A stretch of 46,606 nt of DNA from Promethearchaeota archaeon (GCA_016839705.1 JAEOTR010000033.1:1-46606), one strand, 5' to 3'. Counted from the stretch's first letter, positions 37,166-46,606 are shown. The notes: generated by a model from the letters alone, not told the origin. Program-made: numbers and translations.

Positions 37166-38134
37166 ATGACCCTTCCAAAGATAGATAACTTAGAAATCAA
37201 GAAAGTAACAGAAGATATTTTATTAGTTCAGCAAATCAAACACCCATTCTTTTTCTCTTGCTGTGACGGGCTCCTTATTTTAACGAGAAAAGGAAGAAAT
37301 AATAGTACCATCTCGCTTGATTTAAATATTGAACCAAAATACGTGAGACTGCTCAACAAATTCTATGGCCCTATTTCTGATTATATTTGCTCTCATGGAC
37401 ATCTTGATCATATATGTCATGTTCATTCTTGGGAAAAACTTGGGGCAACTATACATGCTCCTTATCCAGAATCTAATTTTTTAATAGATTTACATTACTT
37501 TTATAAAGGTTTTAATTGGGATGAAGGATTAGAGTATAAAACAGTTGAACATTTTGGGAAGTTAAATGGATACAAAAAATGTACTAAAGTTAATACCTTT
37601 TCACCAGGAGAGACTCTTAAATTTGAAGATTTTAGTATTGATACAATTTCACTTCCCGGACATTCTAAAGCGCATATTGGTTTTTTATTACCTAAAGAAA
37701 AAGTAATTCATATAAGTTGTCTTGGATTTGATAAACCAAATCCGGAAAAAGAAGGCTATGGTCCGTGGTATGGATTTAGGAATACCTCAATCTCGCAATA
37801 TTTAGAAGATATTGACAAATCAGAGGAAATTTTTCTTCAAAGAGCTAGATTTTTAACCTCAAGTCATTCCTATATTGTTGAAAATCCTGATTTGAGCCCG
37901 TTTGAATATATGAGAAAAAAAATTAGGAATAACCAAAAAAAAGTAGACAAAGCGCTAATACGTTGTAATTGCACTCAAGCTTCTGAAGATAGTGCGGTAA
38001 AGCTTTTACTCGAGATGGATTTATTCTTCCCAAAAAGCAAATTGAAAGGTGTGGTTTATGATATTTATAGATTTTGGGAATCATGGATAATAAGAAAGCA
38101 TATTCAACGGAGTAAGGTTTTCAGACCTTTATGA
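37166..38134 (+). CDS. Metallo-beta-lactamase fold hydrolase
   Basis: SHGHLDH, LPGHS..H and TSSH motifs. Confidence 0.88.
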   Translation: MTLPKIDNLEIKKVTEDILLVQQIKHPFFFSCCDGLLILTRKGRNNSTISLDLNIEPKYVRLLNKFYGPISDYICSHGHLDHICHVHSWEKLGATIHAPYPESNFLIDLHYFYKGFNWDEGLEYKTVEHFGKLNGYKKCTKVNTFSPGETLKFEDFSIDTISLPGHSKAHIGFLLPKEKVIHISCLGFDKPNPEKEGYGPWYGFRNTSISQYLEDIDKSEEIFLQRARFLTSSHSYIVENPDLSPFEYMRKKIRNNQKKVDKALIRCNCTQASEDSAVKLLLEMDLFFPKSKLKGVVYDIYRFWESWIIRKHIQRSKVFRPL

Positions 38135-38378
38135 TCTTAAATAACAAGATTCCAAATTTTATTAAATTCTAATTCAGTCTATATAGAAAAATTTAAAGAA
38201 AAACCTCATATTTTTAGGATCGTTTGTTAGTTTAAATACTATTTATAAAGCTAATCTTTAGGAGTAAGTCCAAACTCGACTTAATTTTCAGGTAGTCGAT
38301 TATAATATTTTGATAAAATCAGAAAACTTTTCATCCCAAATCTAAACCTTTTTTTATTAAAATTCAATGGGATTAATT

Positions 38379-39311
38379 ATGATAATAGATGTACATTACC
38401 ATCTTAGTCCCCAGAGAGAGATATCCCCTGAAACTGTTAAATATATGGTACCAGAATTATTAAGAATTGCAAAGATAATGGGAATCGAAATAAGTGAAGA
38501 AATAATTATAGAGAAATGCTGTGAAATATATGGTGGTTATAAAGATGGTAAAAAATTAATAAATCACATGAATAATGCAGGAATAGATGTTGCCGTAGTA
38601 TGCCATGTAGATAATGCAAATAACAAAATGCTGACTCCTGAAATCAATCAGTTAATTAATAAAGGAATTAGTGATATAGGAAAAACCTACCAGGATCGAT
38701 TAATAACTTTTGCAGGAGTTGATCCACGGCGACCAGGAGCTTTAGACATGTTGAAACAATGCTTTGAAGAATTTGGTATGAAAGGGTTAAAATACCATCC
38801 AGATAATGGTTTTGATCCAACCAGTCCTGAATCTTATCAATTATTAGAATACTTAGAAAAGAAAAATGGAATTTTGTTAACTCATACTGGTCCACTTACA
38901 AGAACTCGAAGTAAATTTTCAAATCCTCTGCTACTCTCTGATATTTTAATGGATTTTCCAAAACTAAAAATAATTGCTGCACATATGGGATCAATTAATT
39001 GGAGACCATGGGGGGCACTTGCAGCATTTCATCCAAACCTTTATGGAGATTTAGCGATGTGGGGACCCTATGCTTTTGGAAAATTCGAGTTGTTCTGTCG
39101 AGAGCTCAGAGATATAATTGATTATGCAGGAGTCGAATCAGTTTTATTTGGTTCTGATAGTCCGGTATTTGATCCGGTTTTACCGATTAAAAATTTTATA
39201 GATAAACTTAAAAATCTTCCAACACAAGCACCTAATGGAATTCGATTCACTAAAGAAGAGATAGATGCAATATTAGGTGGTAATGCTGAGAAATTATTAG
39301 GTTTGAGTTAA
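38379..39311 (+). CDS. Amidohydrolase family 2 protein
   Basis: Motifs IIDVHYH, KGLKYHP, THTG, IIAAHMG, VLFGSDSP, ILGGNA. Alternative start at 38367. Confidence 0.92.
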   Translation: MIIDVHYHLSPQREISPETVKYMVPELLRIAKIMGIEISEEIIIEKCCEIYGGYKDGKKLINHMNNAGIDVAVVCHVDNANNKMLTPEINQLINKGISDIGKTYQDRLITFAGVDPRRPGALDMLKQCFEEFGMKGLKYHPDNGFDPTSPESYQLLEYLEKKNGILLTHTGPLTRTRSKFSNPLLLSDILMDFPKLKIIAAHMGSINWRPWGALAAFHPNLYGDLAMWGPYAFGKFELFCRELRDIIDYAGVESVLFGSDSPVFDPVLPIKNFIDKLKNLPTQAPNGIRFTKEEIDAILGGNAEKLLGLS

Positions 39312-39312
39312 T

Positions 39313-40359
39313 TTATTTAGTGGGTTCTAGTACTACTTTCAAAGAATTACCTGCTTCACATACTACTTTAAAAGCTTTTTTAACCTTACTGAGCGGAAAT
39401 CGGTGTGTTATTAAACCTACCACATTAATTCTTTTAGATAATATCCAATTGTAAGCCTCGTCAAGATCTTGGGGTGCAGCGCCATAGGAAGTCATAAGCT
39501 TTATTTCTTTTCTCCAGTAATTATTAATAGGAACTTCGAGGTTTACACCCGGTTCTGGAACTGCAAAATATATAATCGTACTGCCTGATGCAGCACATTC
39601 TAAGGCTTGTTTTGCTGCAGAGGTGGCACCTGTACTTACAATAACTATATCTGCTAACCGATATTTATTAATTTCTTTAATTTTTTCAGATAGATAAGCA
39701 TTAGCATTAAACACTTCGTCAGCTCCAAACTCCTTTGCCTTTTGCATTCTATAATCATTAATATCAGTAGCAAACACTCTTTTTGCACCTTTAAGCTTTG
39801 CAAGTTGAATATGCAATAAACCAGAAGTGCCACATCCAAGAACTAAAACTGTTAATCCCTTCTTCACATCTGCTAATCGTTGAGCTCTGCAAACACAACC
39901 TAGTGGTTCTATGAAAACAGCTTCCTCATAAGAAACACTTGGATCTAAGACATAAACACCTTTTTTTTCGATGTTAATTTTTGGAATTCGCACAAATTCA
40001 GCAAAACCACCAGGATCAAAATTTGTATTATGTAGTAAATTACAAGCGGTGTGATGCCCCTGTTTACAATAGTGGCATTCAAAACATGGTACATGATGAG
40101 AAACAAAAACTCGATCTCCAACTTTTAGATGCTCAACAGTATCCTCCTTTTCCACTATGTCTCCCGCAATTTCATGGCCCAAAATTAATGAGTCTACACC
40201 TAATTTTTTCATTTTCGCAAAACGATAGTATTCAAGTATGTCTGACCCGCAAATTCCAGAACTTTTCACTTTAACTAAAATTTCTCCTTGATTGAGTGTG
40301 GGCTTAGCTATTTCATCTTCTCTTATATCTTGGTTATTGTAATAACGTGCGACTTTCAT
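39313..40359 (-). CDS. Zinc-dependent (MDR family) alcohol/sugar dehydrogenase
   Basis: Motifs GICGSD, GHE..G, CFECHYC...C (structural Zn), GCGTSG, ITHRFPL. ATGA overlap with the upstream gene. Confidence 0.94.
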   Translation of the reverse strand: MKVARYYNNQDIREDEIAKPTLNQGEILVKVKSSGICGSDILEYYRFAKMKKLGVDSLILGHEIAGDIVEKEDTVEHLKVGDRVFVSHHVPCFECHYCKQGHHTACNLLHNTNFDPGGFAEFVRIPKINIEKKGVYVLDPSVSYEEAVFIEPLGCVCRAQRLADVKKGLTVLVLGCGTSGLLHIQLAKLKGAKRVFATDINDYRMQKAKEFGADEVFNANAYLSEKIKEINKYRLADIVIVSTGATSAAKQALECAASGSTIIYFAVPEPGVNLEVPINNYWRKEIKLMTSYGAAPQDLDEAYNWILSKRINVVGLITHRFPLSKVKKAFKVVCEAGNSLKVVLEPTK

Positions 40360-41306
40360 ATTTTATCACCTAATGTCAAAATTTTGTTTAATTCTTCTTT
40401 TGAGATATTCAATAGATTCACTTCAGGTAATCTTTCTGTAAGTATCCTCCAATTATTATCAATGTTGAAAATTTCTTTAAATATTGGCATTGATTGCTCA
40501 AATCTTTTAATATTTGCCAGAGAAATTGCTGTCCAATATCTCATTTCAATATTATCAGGACATATTTCCCTTGCTGCGTTATATTCCTTTAAAGCTGCAT
40601 CTTCATCACCTTTCTCCATAGCAACGTCTCCTTTATCCATATTCTCATATGCCCTCCGAAGTTTTAGTAACCTAGTTAGTTCTTCCAAAGGTTCTGGATG
40701 ATCTTCTACCCGGATATCCATAAAAGGATCATCCCACTTGTTCTCTACAGGTTCTGTTTTTACAATCAATATTGCTGCTGATTGTTTACCCCTTATATCT
40801 CCTCCTTCTGACTCTGCTGCTTGCAATGTTTTAATAATTCTTTCTGGTAGGGCAAGATTTTTGTTTTCTTCAAATGTTTGTGCCATTGAAGGCCACACCG
40901 TATCTTTTAGCATCATATTTGCTTGAACTGAGAAATTATCCCCTATTTTATGTCCAGCATATTTTATACATTTTGATCCTGTATGGGTAGCTACCCTCCC
41001 CTGAGTATCAAGCAGAGCAACTTGCCTCACATTTTTTCCCTCGTCATCTGAGAGTAATATATTTAATGCTTCTTCTGGGGATTTTCCCTGTTTCATTAGT
41101 TCTAAACCTCTTAATCCGAAAGATTTATTTACAAATGATTGAGTCGCTACAACCCCAACACCAGAAGTACCCCAATCCACAACAGAACCTACTGAGAAAT
41201 AATGACTCTGAACTCCGACACCCATCTCTTTAGTTTCCGGATCTCTAGCAACAATAGAATAAGTATTAACTAATGGAAAAGTTCTGCAATATTTTGAGAT
41301 TTTCAT
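40356..41306 (-). CDS. DUF1028 (Ntn-hydrolase-like) protein with C-terminal TPR
   Basis: TYSIVARD...GVGVQSH.FSVG, ATQS, GGDIRGKQSAA, DIRVEDH.EP, then TPR-like helices. Confidence 0.9.
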   Translation of the reverse strand: MKISKYCRTFPLVNTYSIVARDPETKEMGVGVQSHYFSVGSVVDWGTSGVGVVATQSFVNKSFGLRGLELMKQGKSPEEALNILLSDDEGKNVRQVALLDTQGRVATHTGSKCIKYAGHKIGDNFSVQANMMLKDTVWPSMAQTFEENKNLALPERIIKTLQAAESEGGDIRGKQSAAILIVKTEPVENKWDDPFMDIRVEDHPEPLEELTRLLKLRRAYENMDKGDVAMEKGDEDAALKEYNAAREICPDNIEMRYWTAISLANIKRFEQSMPIFKEIFNIDNNWRILTERLPEVNLLNISKEELNKILTLGDKI

Positions 41307-41439
41307 AATTCTATACTTAAACCATTCTTATTAAATTATTCTTAAGAAGAAATTTATATCTTTCAAAAATGCTATTTGATTTTGATTTTGGAAGGAATAT
41401 TATTTTAAAAAATAATAAAAACCAAATATATTTGAAATC

Positions 41440-42078
41440 TCATTTTGATTTACGACGAGTTAATAATTTAAATGCTATATCTGTACCCATTCCTTGATTG
41501 TACGCTAATTCAATCCAAAGCATGGCAAGAGGTTCTGTAAGTCTAGCATTTTTGAGAGGACCTACATCTATAGCATCAAAACCAAGATCAATCGCTAATT
41601 GTTTTACCATTGATTTTGCTTCTAAATCGTCCCCACAAATGAATGTTGATGCTTTTTGTGTCCCAAACTCCAATTTATTTAGATTTTCAGAACCAATAGT
41701 ATGAAAAGCTTTAACTACTTTTGCACCCTCGACCCAAGTAGCGATCTCTTCTGCAGCAGATGTCGTGTGCCCAACTAATAAACCTCCTAAATGAGGTGCT
41801 ACAGCATTGGTACAATCTATAAGTATTTTTCCTCCCAGATCACCCGCAGCTTCGATAGATTCTTTTGCTGACGACCATGGAACTGCAAGAACCACAACCT
41901 CACCAAATTGAGCTGCATCAGCATATGTTCCTCCTGATACATTTGGTCCAAGTGAGTTGGCTAATTTTAGTACGTTTACGGGGTCACGAGACCCAAACAT
42001 TATTAGATGATTCTTAGCAACCCATAACCTTCCTAAAGCTTGTCCCATATTCCCCGTCCCGATTATTCCAATTTTCAT
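41440..42078 (-). CDS. NADPH-dependent F420 reductase family oxidoreductase
   Basis: Motifs IIGTGNMG, GSRDP, LAVPW, IDCTN, SAAE, VVKAF, ICGDD, DVGPL..AR..E. Confidence 0.88.
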   Translation of the reverse strand: MKIGIIGTGNMGQALGRLWVAKNHLIMFGSRDPVNVLKLANSLGPNVSGGTYADAAQFGEVVVLAVPWSSAKESIEAAGDLGGKILIDCTNAVAPHLGGLLVGHTTSAAEEIATWVEGAKVVKAFHTIGSENLNKLEFGTQKASTFICGDDLEAKSMVKQLAIDLGFDAIDVGPLKNARLTEPLAMLWIELAYNQGMGTDIAFKLLTRRKSK

Positions 42079-42200
42079 ATTTCTCTCACCAAATCTAAAA
42101 TTATTTAAAATAAAATTCTAAATCGCTTAAGTTTAATTGAAAATAAACTAGTCTGGTATTTATATATTAAGCTGTGTTGCTAATATTTGAAAATTGATAA

Positions 42201-42803
42201 TTATTCTTTTAATAAACTATTGAGTAGTTTAATCGCCCGAGAAGTATTAAAAATACCACATACACATGGTTTTGCTAATTTTTTTGCTGCTTTTTCAACT
42301 GTTAATTTTCCTTGTTGAACTAATTCAACAAAGTGTGTAATTGACTGTGGTGAGACAGTATGATGTCCACACATCGTAGTAATTTCTAAGATTTTCTCTT
42401 CCGGTAGCAATTCATTTCTTCCAAACGTTAAAGAACCTTTTGGTGTTAAAGAAAAATGTACTGTGTGAATATCTAAACCAACTTCTTTAAGCAAACGCTT
42501 TATTTCGGATATTAATCCACTAACCACGATTGAAATTCCTAAATCCTCTTTCTTTAGTTTAAGGATTAATTTTTTTACCGATTCAATATCATCATAAGTT
42601 GCTGTAATAGTGGCGGATACACTCCATCCTCTTTCAGACATAATGTTTACAGGATTATGTTCATTCATAATTTCTCCTATTCTTATTAATTTCTGTCTGG
42701 AATCGTTATAATTATCATTGAATCCTGCTGCAAACATAGCTAGTATGACATAATCTTGTTTTAATTCTTTTATCGTTCCTCTTCTGTGTAATGTATGAGT
42801 CAT
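42201..42803 (-). CDS. Conserved hypothetical protein (MTHTLHR family) with Cys motifs
   Basis: MTHTLHRRG, DLGISIVVSG, TTMCGH, PCVCGIFN. Preceded by SD AGGAGG. Confidence 0.8.
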   Translation of the reverse strand: MTHTLHRRGTIKELKQDYVILAMFAAGFNDNYNDSRQKLIRIGEIMNEHNPVNIMSERGWSVSATITATYDDIESVKKLILKLKKEDLGISIVVSGLISEIKRLLKEVGLDIHTVHFSLTPKGSLTFGRNELLPEEKILEITTMCGHHTVSPQSITHFVELVQQGKLTVEKAAKKLAKPCVCGIFNTSRAIKLLNSLLKE

Positions 42804-42821
42804 ATTTTTACCTCCTAAACC

Positions 42822-43523
42822 TCATAGCCTACCTATTCCTATATTTATTTTAGCATTAGGTCTTACTTCAAAACCTAATTTAGATATTCGATCAATAATA
42901 CTCTCCGTATTATTATTCTCTATTCTTGATACTATACCCACAGAAAATACAGTATCAATTACCTTCTCAACCTCACTAATCACTTTTAAAACTTGAGGTA
43001 ATTTTTCGGTTGGAACTTTAAATTCTATTATTGCAGAAAGAACACGTTCATCCTTAATATCTTCATTAATATAGCCGTTATCGTTTATTATTAGAGAAGT
43101 GACAGGACTTTTTTCTTCATATATCACCCCAATACCTGAGAACCTTGTTGTGAATAATTCGATGTTTCCTAGTTTTGTTCCCACTCCTGGACGTCCCAAT
43201 TCAATGGAAATTCCAACTTCTCCCAATCCATAGCGATTAGTCACATCGTTTGTTTTCATCTCTTCTGTTCCGCGTCCTCCAATACCTGTTACCTTATGTG
43301 TAGCAATTACATTACTAAAGGGAATCCGAACTTCTCTGGGCCATTTTAATTTTTTCATCTTGATTGCATTAACAGCGCAGTTAGCATCTCTATAACAAAC
43401 CGAACATTCAACACATTTTTCTTCATCGATAATAGCTTTCCTATCTATCATTTGTATTGCTTGAACTGGACAGATAAATATACATTGTCCGCAACCATTA
43501 CAAACTTCAATATCAATATCCAT
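42822..43523 (-). CDS. 4Fe-4S ferredoxin-domain protein with conserved C-terminal domain
   Basis: CNGCGQCIFICP and CVECSVC....C, then GRGTEEMKTNDVT and ELGRPGVG. Confidence 0.88.
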   Translation of the reverse strand: MDIDIEVCNGCGQCIFICPVQAIQMIDRKAIIDEEKCVECSVCYRDANCAVNAIKMKKLKWPREVRIPFSNVIATHKVTGIGGRGTEEMKTNDVTNRYGLGEVGISIELGRPGVGTKLGNIELFTTRFSGIGVIYEEKSPVTSLIINDNGYINEDIKDERVLSAIIEFKVPTEKLPQVLKVISEVEKVIDTVFSVGIVSRIENNNTESIIDRISKLGFEVRPNAKINIGIGRL

Positions 43524-43629
43524 AATAAATTCCCTAGTGGAGATTAATTTTATTTGGTTTAAATTTGTTTAGATTAAAACGATTCAATAATTCTTAATTT
43601 CCTAAAATAAAAAATGAAGAAAAAAAGGT

Positions 43630-43836
43630 TTAGTGATTAATCTTATTTTTTCTACTACGTATTAGCATTTTAAAACACTCATCATCAAGATCATTATACA
43701 TTTTTAACTCTTTCGCTAAGAAATCGTGAAGAGCCATTCTTATTGCTTCACTTCGAGAAGGTAAAATGCCCATATCATTTAGTATTTGGATAGCTTGTAA
43801 ATATTTCTCTGGTAAATTAATTGTTATGATCTTCAT
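43630..43836 (-). CDS. Ribbon-helix-helix (CopG-like) DNA-binding protein
   Basis: MKIITINLPEKYL..I..L...G..PSRSEAIR.AL. Confidence 0.88.
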   Translation of the reverse strand: MKIITINLPEKYLQAIQILNDMGILPSRSEAIRMALHDFLAKELKMYNDLDDECFKMLIRSRKNKINH

Positions 43837-44075
43837 TATTAATAACCCTTTTAACCTTGGAATATAACAAAATGTTATGAATTATTAGTCTACTTTATAA
43901 TTTTTGTCGGATGGTTTATAAATTGAATATATTAATCCTTTAATGGTGTTAACCGTTTAATTTCTAACGAATATAAGAAAAACTCTTATCTCATAAATGT
44001 CTATTATTAATAAGGAAACACTTGGGCTTTCTTAATTCCTAATTTTACAATAAAATAATAAGATTAGGAAAGAAT

Positions 44076-44834
44076 TTATGGTTCATTTAAGGATTTAATA
44101 TGTAATATCAGTGAAAAAGCCGATTTATAAATTTCAGCATGGCTAATTTCTTTGACTTCTTGAAGATAATCGATTTTATAATCCTCTTCGCGTTTGATGT
44201 ATGTAACTTCCCTTGTACTTTGTTTATCATCAATATAAACATCAATTTTTAATATTTTCTTATCAATAATACTCGGTATCTCTGGCATCATATTAAAAGT
44301 AAATAATATATCGGGTTCAGATTCATTTTTTCCGTCAATTACGAAAAGCAAATTTGGTTCAGCAACCGCAAGAAAACTTTCTAAAGAATGGAACAGATCA
44401 TCAATCTTAATAGTTATTTTTGAATTGTTATCTACGTAACAACTACTGCAATCACTAATTTTCGGTAGAAGAAATTTTTCTTTTCCTCGAAAGGCTAAAC
44501 TCATTTCGTTAGGATTTAAGAAGCTTTTAATTGTGGAATCATCTTTTTTGATTAGGAATTTTTCAGAGATCGGATTGCTTTTAACATAGATTATCAATGA
44601 ACCCGCGGATATCAGATTAATTTTTTGATAATAAATCTTCAAAATAGGATTGTAAGGTAGATTTATTACTTCTTTATTACCTCCTAAACCTATTTGCGCT
44701 AGAACGTTCATAGGAACCTGGCTAGTTAAAGTAAACAATAGAAACGACCTAAAATCAGGCAACTCGATGAAATTAGAAAAGTTTTCGAATTTACTTTTAA
44801 CCAAGTCAACTTTTTGGTTTAATTCTTCAGACAT
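44076..44834 (-). CDS. Hypothetical protein
   Basis: 252-aa ORF in AT-rich DNA with no recognised motif. Confidence 0.7.
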   Translation of the reverse strand: MSEELNQKVDLVKSKFENFSNFIELPDFRSFLLFTLTSQVPMNVLAQIGLGGNKEVINLPYNPILKIYYQKINLISAGSLIIYVKSNPISEKFLIKKDDSTIKSFLNPNEMSLAFRGKEKFLLPKISDCSSCYVDNNSKITIKIDDLFHSLESFLAVAEPNLLFVIDGKNESEPDILFTFNMMPEIPSIIDKKILKIDVYIDDKQSTREVTYIKREEDYKIDYLQEVKEISHAEIYKSAFSLILHIKSLNEP

Positions 44835-44882
44835 TTTAAATTCTTATTTAGGAATGAAATAAGTTAAATGCATCAATGAATC

Positions 44883-45302
44883 CTATTTTAAATATTTTGA
44901 GAGAAAATCTTCTAAGGATTCCTTTACATCTCGAGTAATATGGTGCTCTATTTCGCATGATAAATTTTCAATAATTTCTTTGTCTTCAATTTTTAGAACG
45001 TTAGCGAAAAATTGGTAAAGTAGGGCATGGGTTTCATCTAACTGCTGTGCAATTGATTTCCCTTTTTCAGTTAATCTTATTGATTTTCTCGGTTCCCAAT
45101 TGATTAACCCTTTATTTTTTAATTTTTCTAACATGCCTGACACTGAAGCGGGTTCTACTTTGAGACTCTCGGCAATTTCTTTATTTGTAACCCATCCTCC
45201 CTTCTTTTTTCTTGATATAATAAAGATCTCATCTAAATATCTCTGATAGCTTTCGGGTATATCTGAAATCTTAGATTTTTCATAAATGCTCTTTTTCGCC
45301 AT
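44883..45302 (-). CDS. DtxR/MntR family metal-dependent transcriptional regulator
   Basis: YL..IF, EIAESLKVEPASVSGML.KL, IRLTEKG, H.LL..FF, CEIEHHI. Start placed at ATG 45302 (MAKKS). Confidence 0.9.
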   Translation of the reverse strand: MAKKSIYEKSKISDIPESYQRYLDEIFIISRKKKGGWVTNKEIAESLKVEPASVSGMLEKLKNKGLINWEPRKSIRLTEKGKSIAQQLDETHALLYQFFANVLKIEDKEIIENLSCEIEHHITRDVKESLEDFLSKYLK

Positions 45303-45465
45303 TTTTAAATTAAAATGTGTGATAATTAAAAAAAAAATAAATTCTCTGTTAAGATTGATAACATCATTTTTACTTAAAATTCTTAGCAAATTTTTTTTGT
45401 AGACTTTAAATTTAAACTGGACCTAATTAGATTATTAGAGCAAATTTGTTAAAGAAAAAAAGTTA

Positions 45466-46041
45466 ATGACAAAAAAATTTCTTGGGACGTTATATTTAAT
45501 AGTAGGAAACTCTGGTTCTGGAAAAGATTCTATTATTTCAGGAATTATTGAAAAATACCCTTCAGATTTAATGCAAATTATTACCCCTAAAAGATATATT
45601 ACCAGACCTCCTTCTGAATTCGAAAGAAATATTTCAATAACACCAGAAGAATTTAAGGAAATGGAAAAGAAAGGAAAATTTGCTTTAAAATGGTATATAT
45701 ACGATTTACACTATGGCATTCCAATAGAAATTGAAAAATGGTTAGAAAAAGGGCATCCCGTTATTATCAATGTTAGTCGTACCATAGTAGAAGAAGCCAG
45801 AGAAAAATATAGTAATGTTAAGGTGATTTTTATCGAGGTTCCTTTCGAAATCACTTACCAACGGATTAAAGACAGAAAAAGAGAAACCGAGGATTTATTA
45901 AAAAAAAGAATCGAACGAGCACGGGAAAATCAAAAGTTTCCAGAAGCTGATTTTGTTATTGATAACTCTGGGAATTTAAATGATGCAATCACTGAATGCT
46001 TAAATTATCTAATCCAAGTAATAAGGCTTAAAAATAAGTAA
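45466..46041 (+). CDS. phnN: Ribose 1,5-bisphosphate phosphokinase PhnN-like (guanylate kinase fold)
   Basis: Motifs VGNSGSGKDS, RYITRP, FALKW...L.YGIP, INVSR, R.RE....KR..RA, IDNSG.L. Confidence 0.85.
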   Translation: MTKKFLGTLYLIVGNSGSGKDSIISGIIEKYPSDLMQIITPKRYITRPPSEFERNISITPEEFKEMEKKGKFALKWYIYDLHYGIPIEIEKWLEKGHPVIINVSRTIVEEAREKYSNVKVIFIEVPFEITYQRIKDRKRETEDLLKKRIERARENQKFPEADFVIDNSGNLNDAITECLNYLIQVIRLKNK

Positions 46042-46164
46042 AAATAAACAAAATTTTTTTAGAATTTTGGGAGTGTTTACAGATTTGCTGTGATTTTTTA
46101 TATTTAAATTTTGAATGATTAATAATGTCAAGTTTTCTTGAAACTGAAATTTTCATAAATATAG

Positions 46165-46606
46165 GGAGATTCTTGTTATCACTTCTATAAAGCTCGTGGA
46201 AGCCCTCTTTCAGAAGGGATAAAAACAGAAAAAGAGGGTGTTAATGAGAATGAAATTGACCTAACAACTGAAAAACTTCAAGCTATTTTATCTCAAATCA
46301 ATAACTCAGATTATAAATTAATTGCTAAATGTCAAGCTCTATTAGGATTAAGAATAAACGATGTATTGAAAGAACTAACAACTAAGGTTAAGGGTTCAGA
46401 AGCTCCTAAATATAAGATTGAGAAATATAAAGATACATATGTTATAAACAATTTCGAAACCTTTAAGGAACGAGTTAAGATAAAACATCTATATTTTCCA
46501 CGAGAATTAAGAGAAATGTTTGAAGCTACTTATCCTAACTTTAAGGATGATTTAACTCAAATCGATTTATCTAATGATATCTTTAGAACTTCAGAAAGAA
46601 GGGTTA
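46165..46606 (+). pseudogene. Tyrosine recombinase/integrase fragment with no start codon; runs off the window end; absent from the ORF track
   Basis: Open frame after TAG 46162-46164: ...FYKARGSPLS...DLTTEKLQAIL...YKLIAKCQALLGLRINDVL...FETFKERVK..LYFPREL. GLRIND matches Box I (GxRxxE/D). Confidence 0.7.

Noticed and set aside
38276-38299. Hairpin TCGACT-N12-AGTCGA in the intergenic region before the amidohydrolase gene
   Set aside because: Short stem with no recognisable ncRNA or riboswitch features.
520-41704. Many short antisense or overlapping ORFs in the track (e.g. 520-711, 2362-2682, 5932-6327, 12414-12731, 24832-25254, 40288-40701)
   Set aside because: They are shadows of well-supported genes on the other strand or frame and carry no motifs of their own.
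2340-42824. Genome-wide reassignment of TGA (code 4/25)
   Set aside because: TGA ends full-length genes at their natural C-termini (2340, 13633, 34546, 38134, 40356, 41440), and Trp is encoded by TGG.
42804-42824. Possible Sec/readthrough fusion: the TGA stop of the 4Fe-4S gene is in frame with the next ATG
   Set aside because: The 18-nt spacer holds a perfect AGGAGG SD for independent initiation, the TGA is not in a Cys-type motif, and no SECIS was seen downstream. In-frame spacing occurs by chance one time in three.
46042-46165. tRNA gene or att site upstream of the integrase fragment
   Set aside because: No cloverleaf or T-loop (GTTCRA) motif was found; the region is AT-rich.

Overview
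Gene-dense, AT-rich archaeal window of about 45 CDS. The gene content (archaeal ATP-dependent DNA ligase, AMP phosphorylase, HEAT+LRR paralogs, Zn-ribbon and RHH hypotheticals, selenoprotein hdrA/mvhD) points to an Asgard archaeon, most likely Lokiarchaeia; this is an inference. The main result is one the ORF track misses. On the minus strand, 12991-10525 is an intact hdrA-mvhD(vhuD) operon with five in-frame TGA codons, all at conserved Cys positions (HdrA U25, U58, U209; MvhD U19, U70). It is followed by one eukaryote-like SECIS hairpin (AUGA...GA core, AAAA loop) that carries an extra side hairpin. Other notable items: (1) a 2-oxoacid:ferredoxin oxidoreductase operon ending in an FrhB(F420)-PyrK(NAD/FAD/2Fe-2S) fusion; (2) a corrinoid protein + homocysteine methyltransferase + non-pyrrolysine MttB operon; (3) an ABC ATPase with no canonical start upstream of its Walker A, and a ferredoxin with a likely ATT start; (4) an ABC permease fused to a CPBP/CAAX protease; (5) an alpha-SNAP/TPR-like + Ig-like protein; (6) AMP phosphorylase together with PhnN; (7) a start-less tyrosine recombinase fragment at the right edge. 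No rRNA, tRNA or CRISPR array was seen. All product calls come from motif recognition by eye, not database searches.
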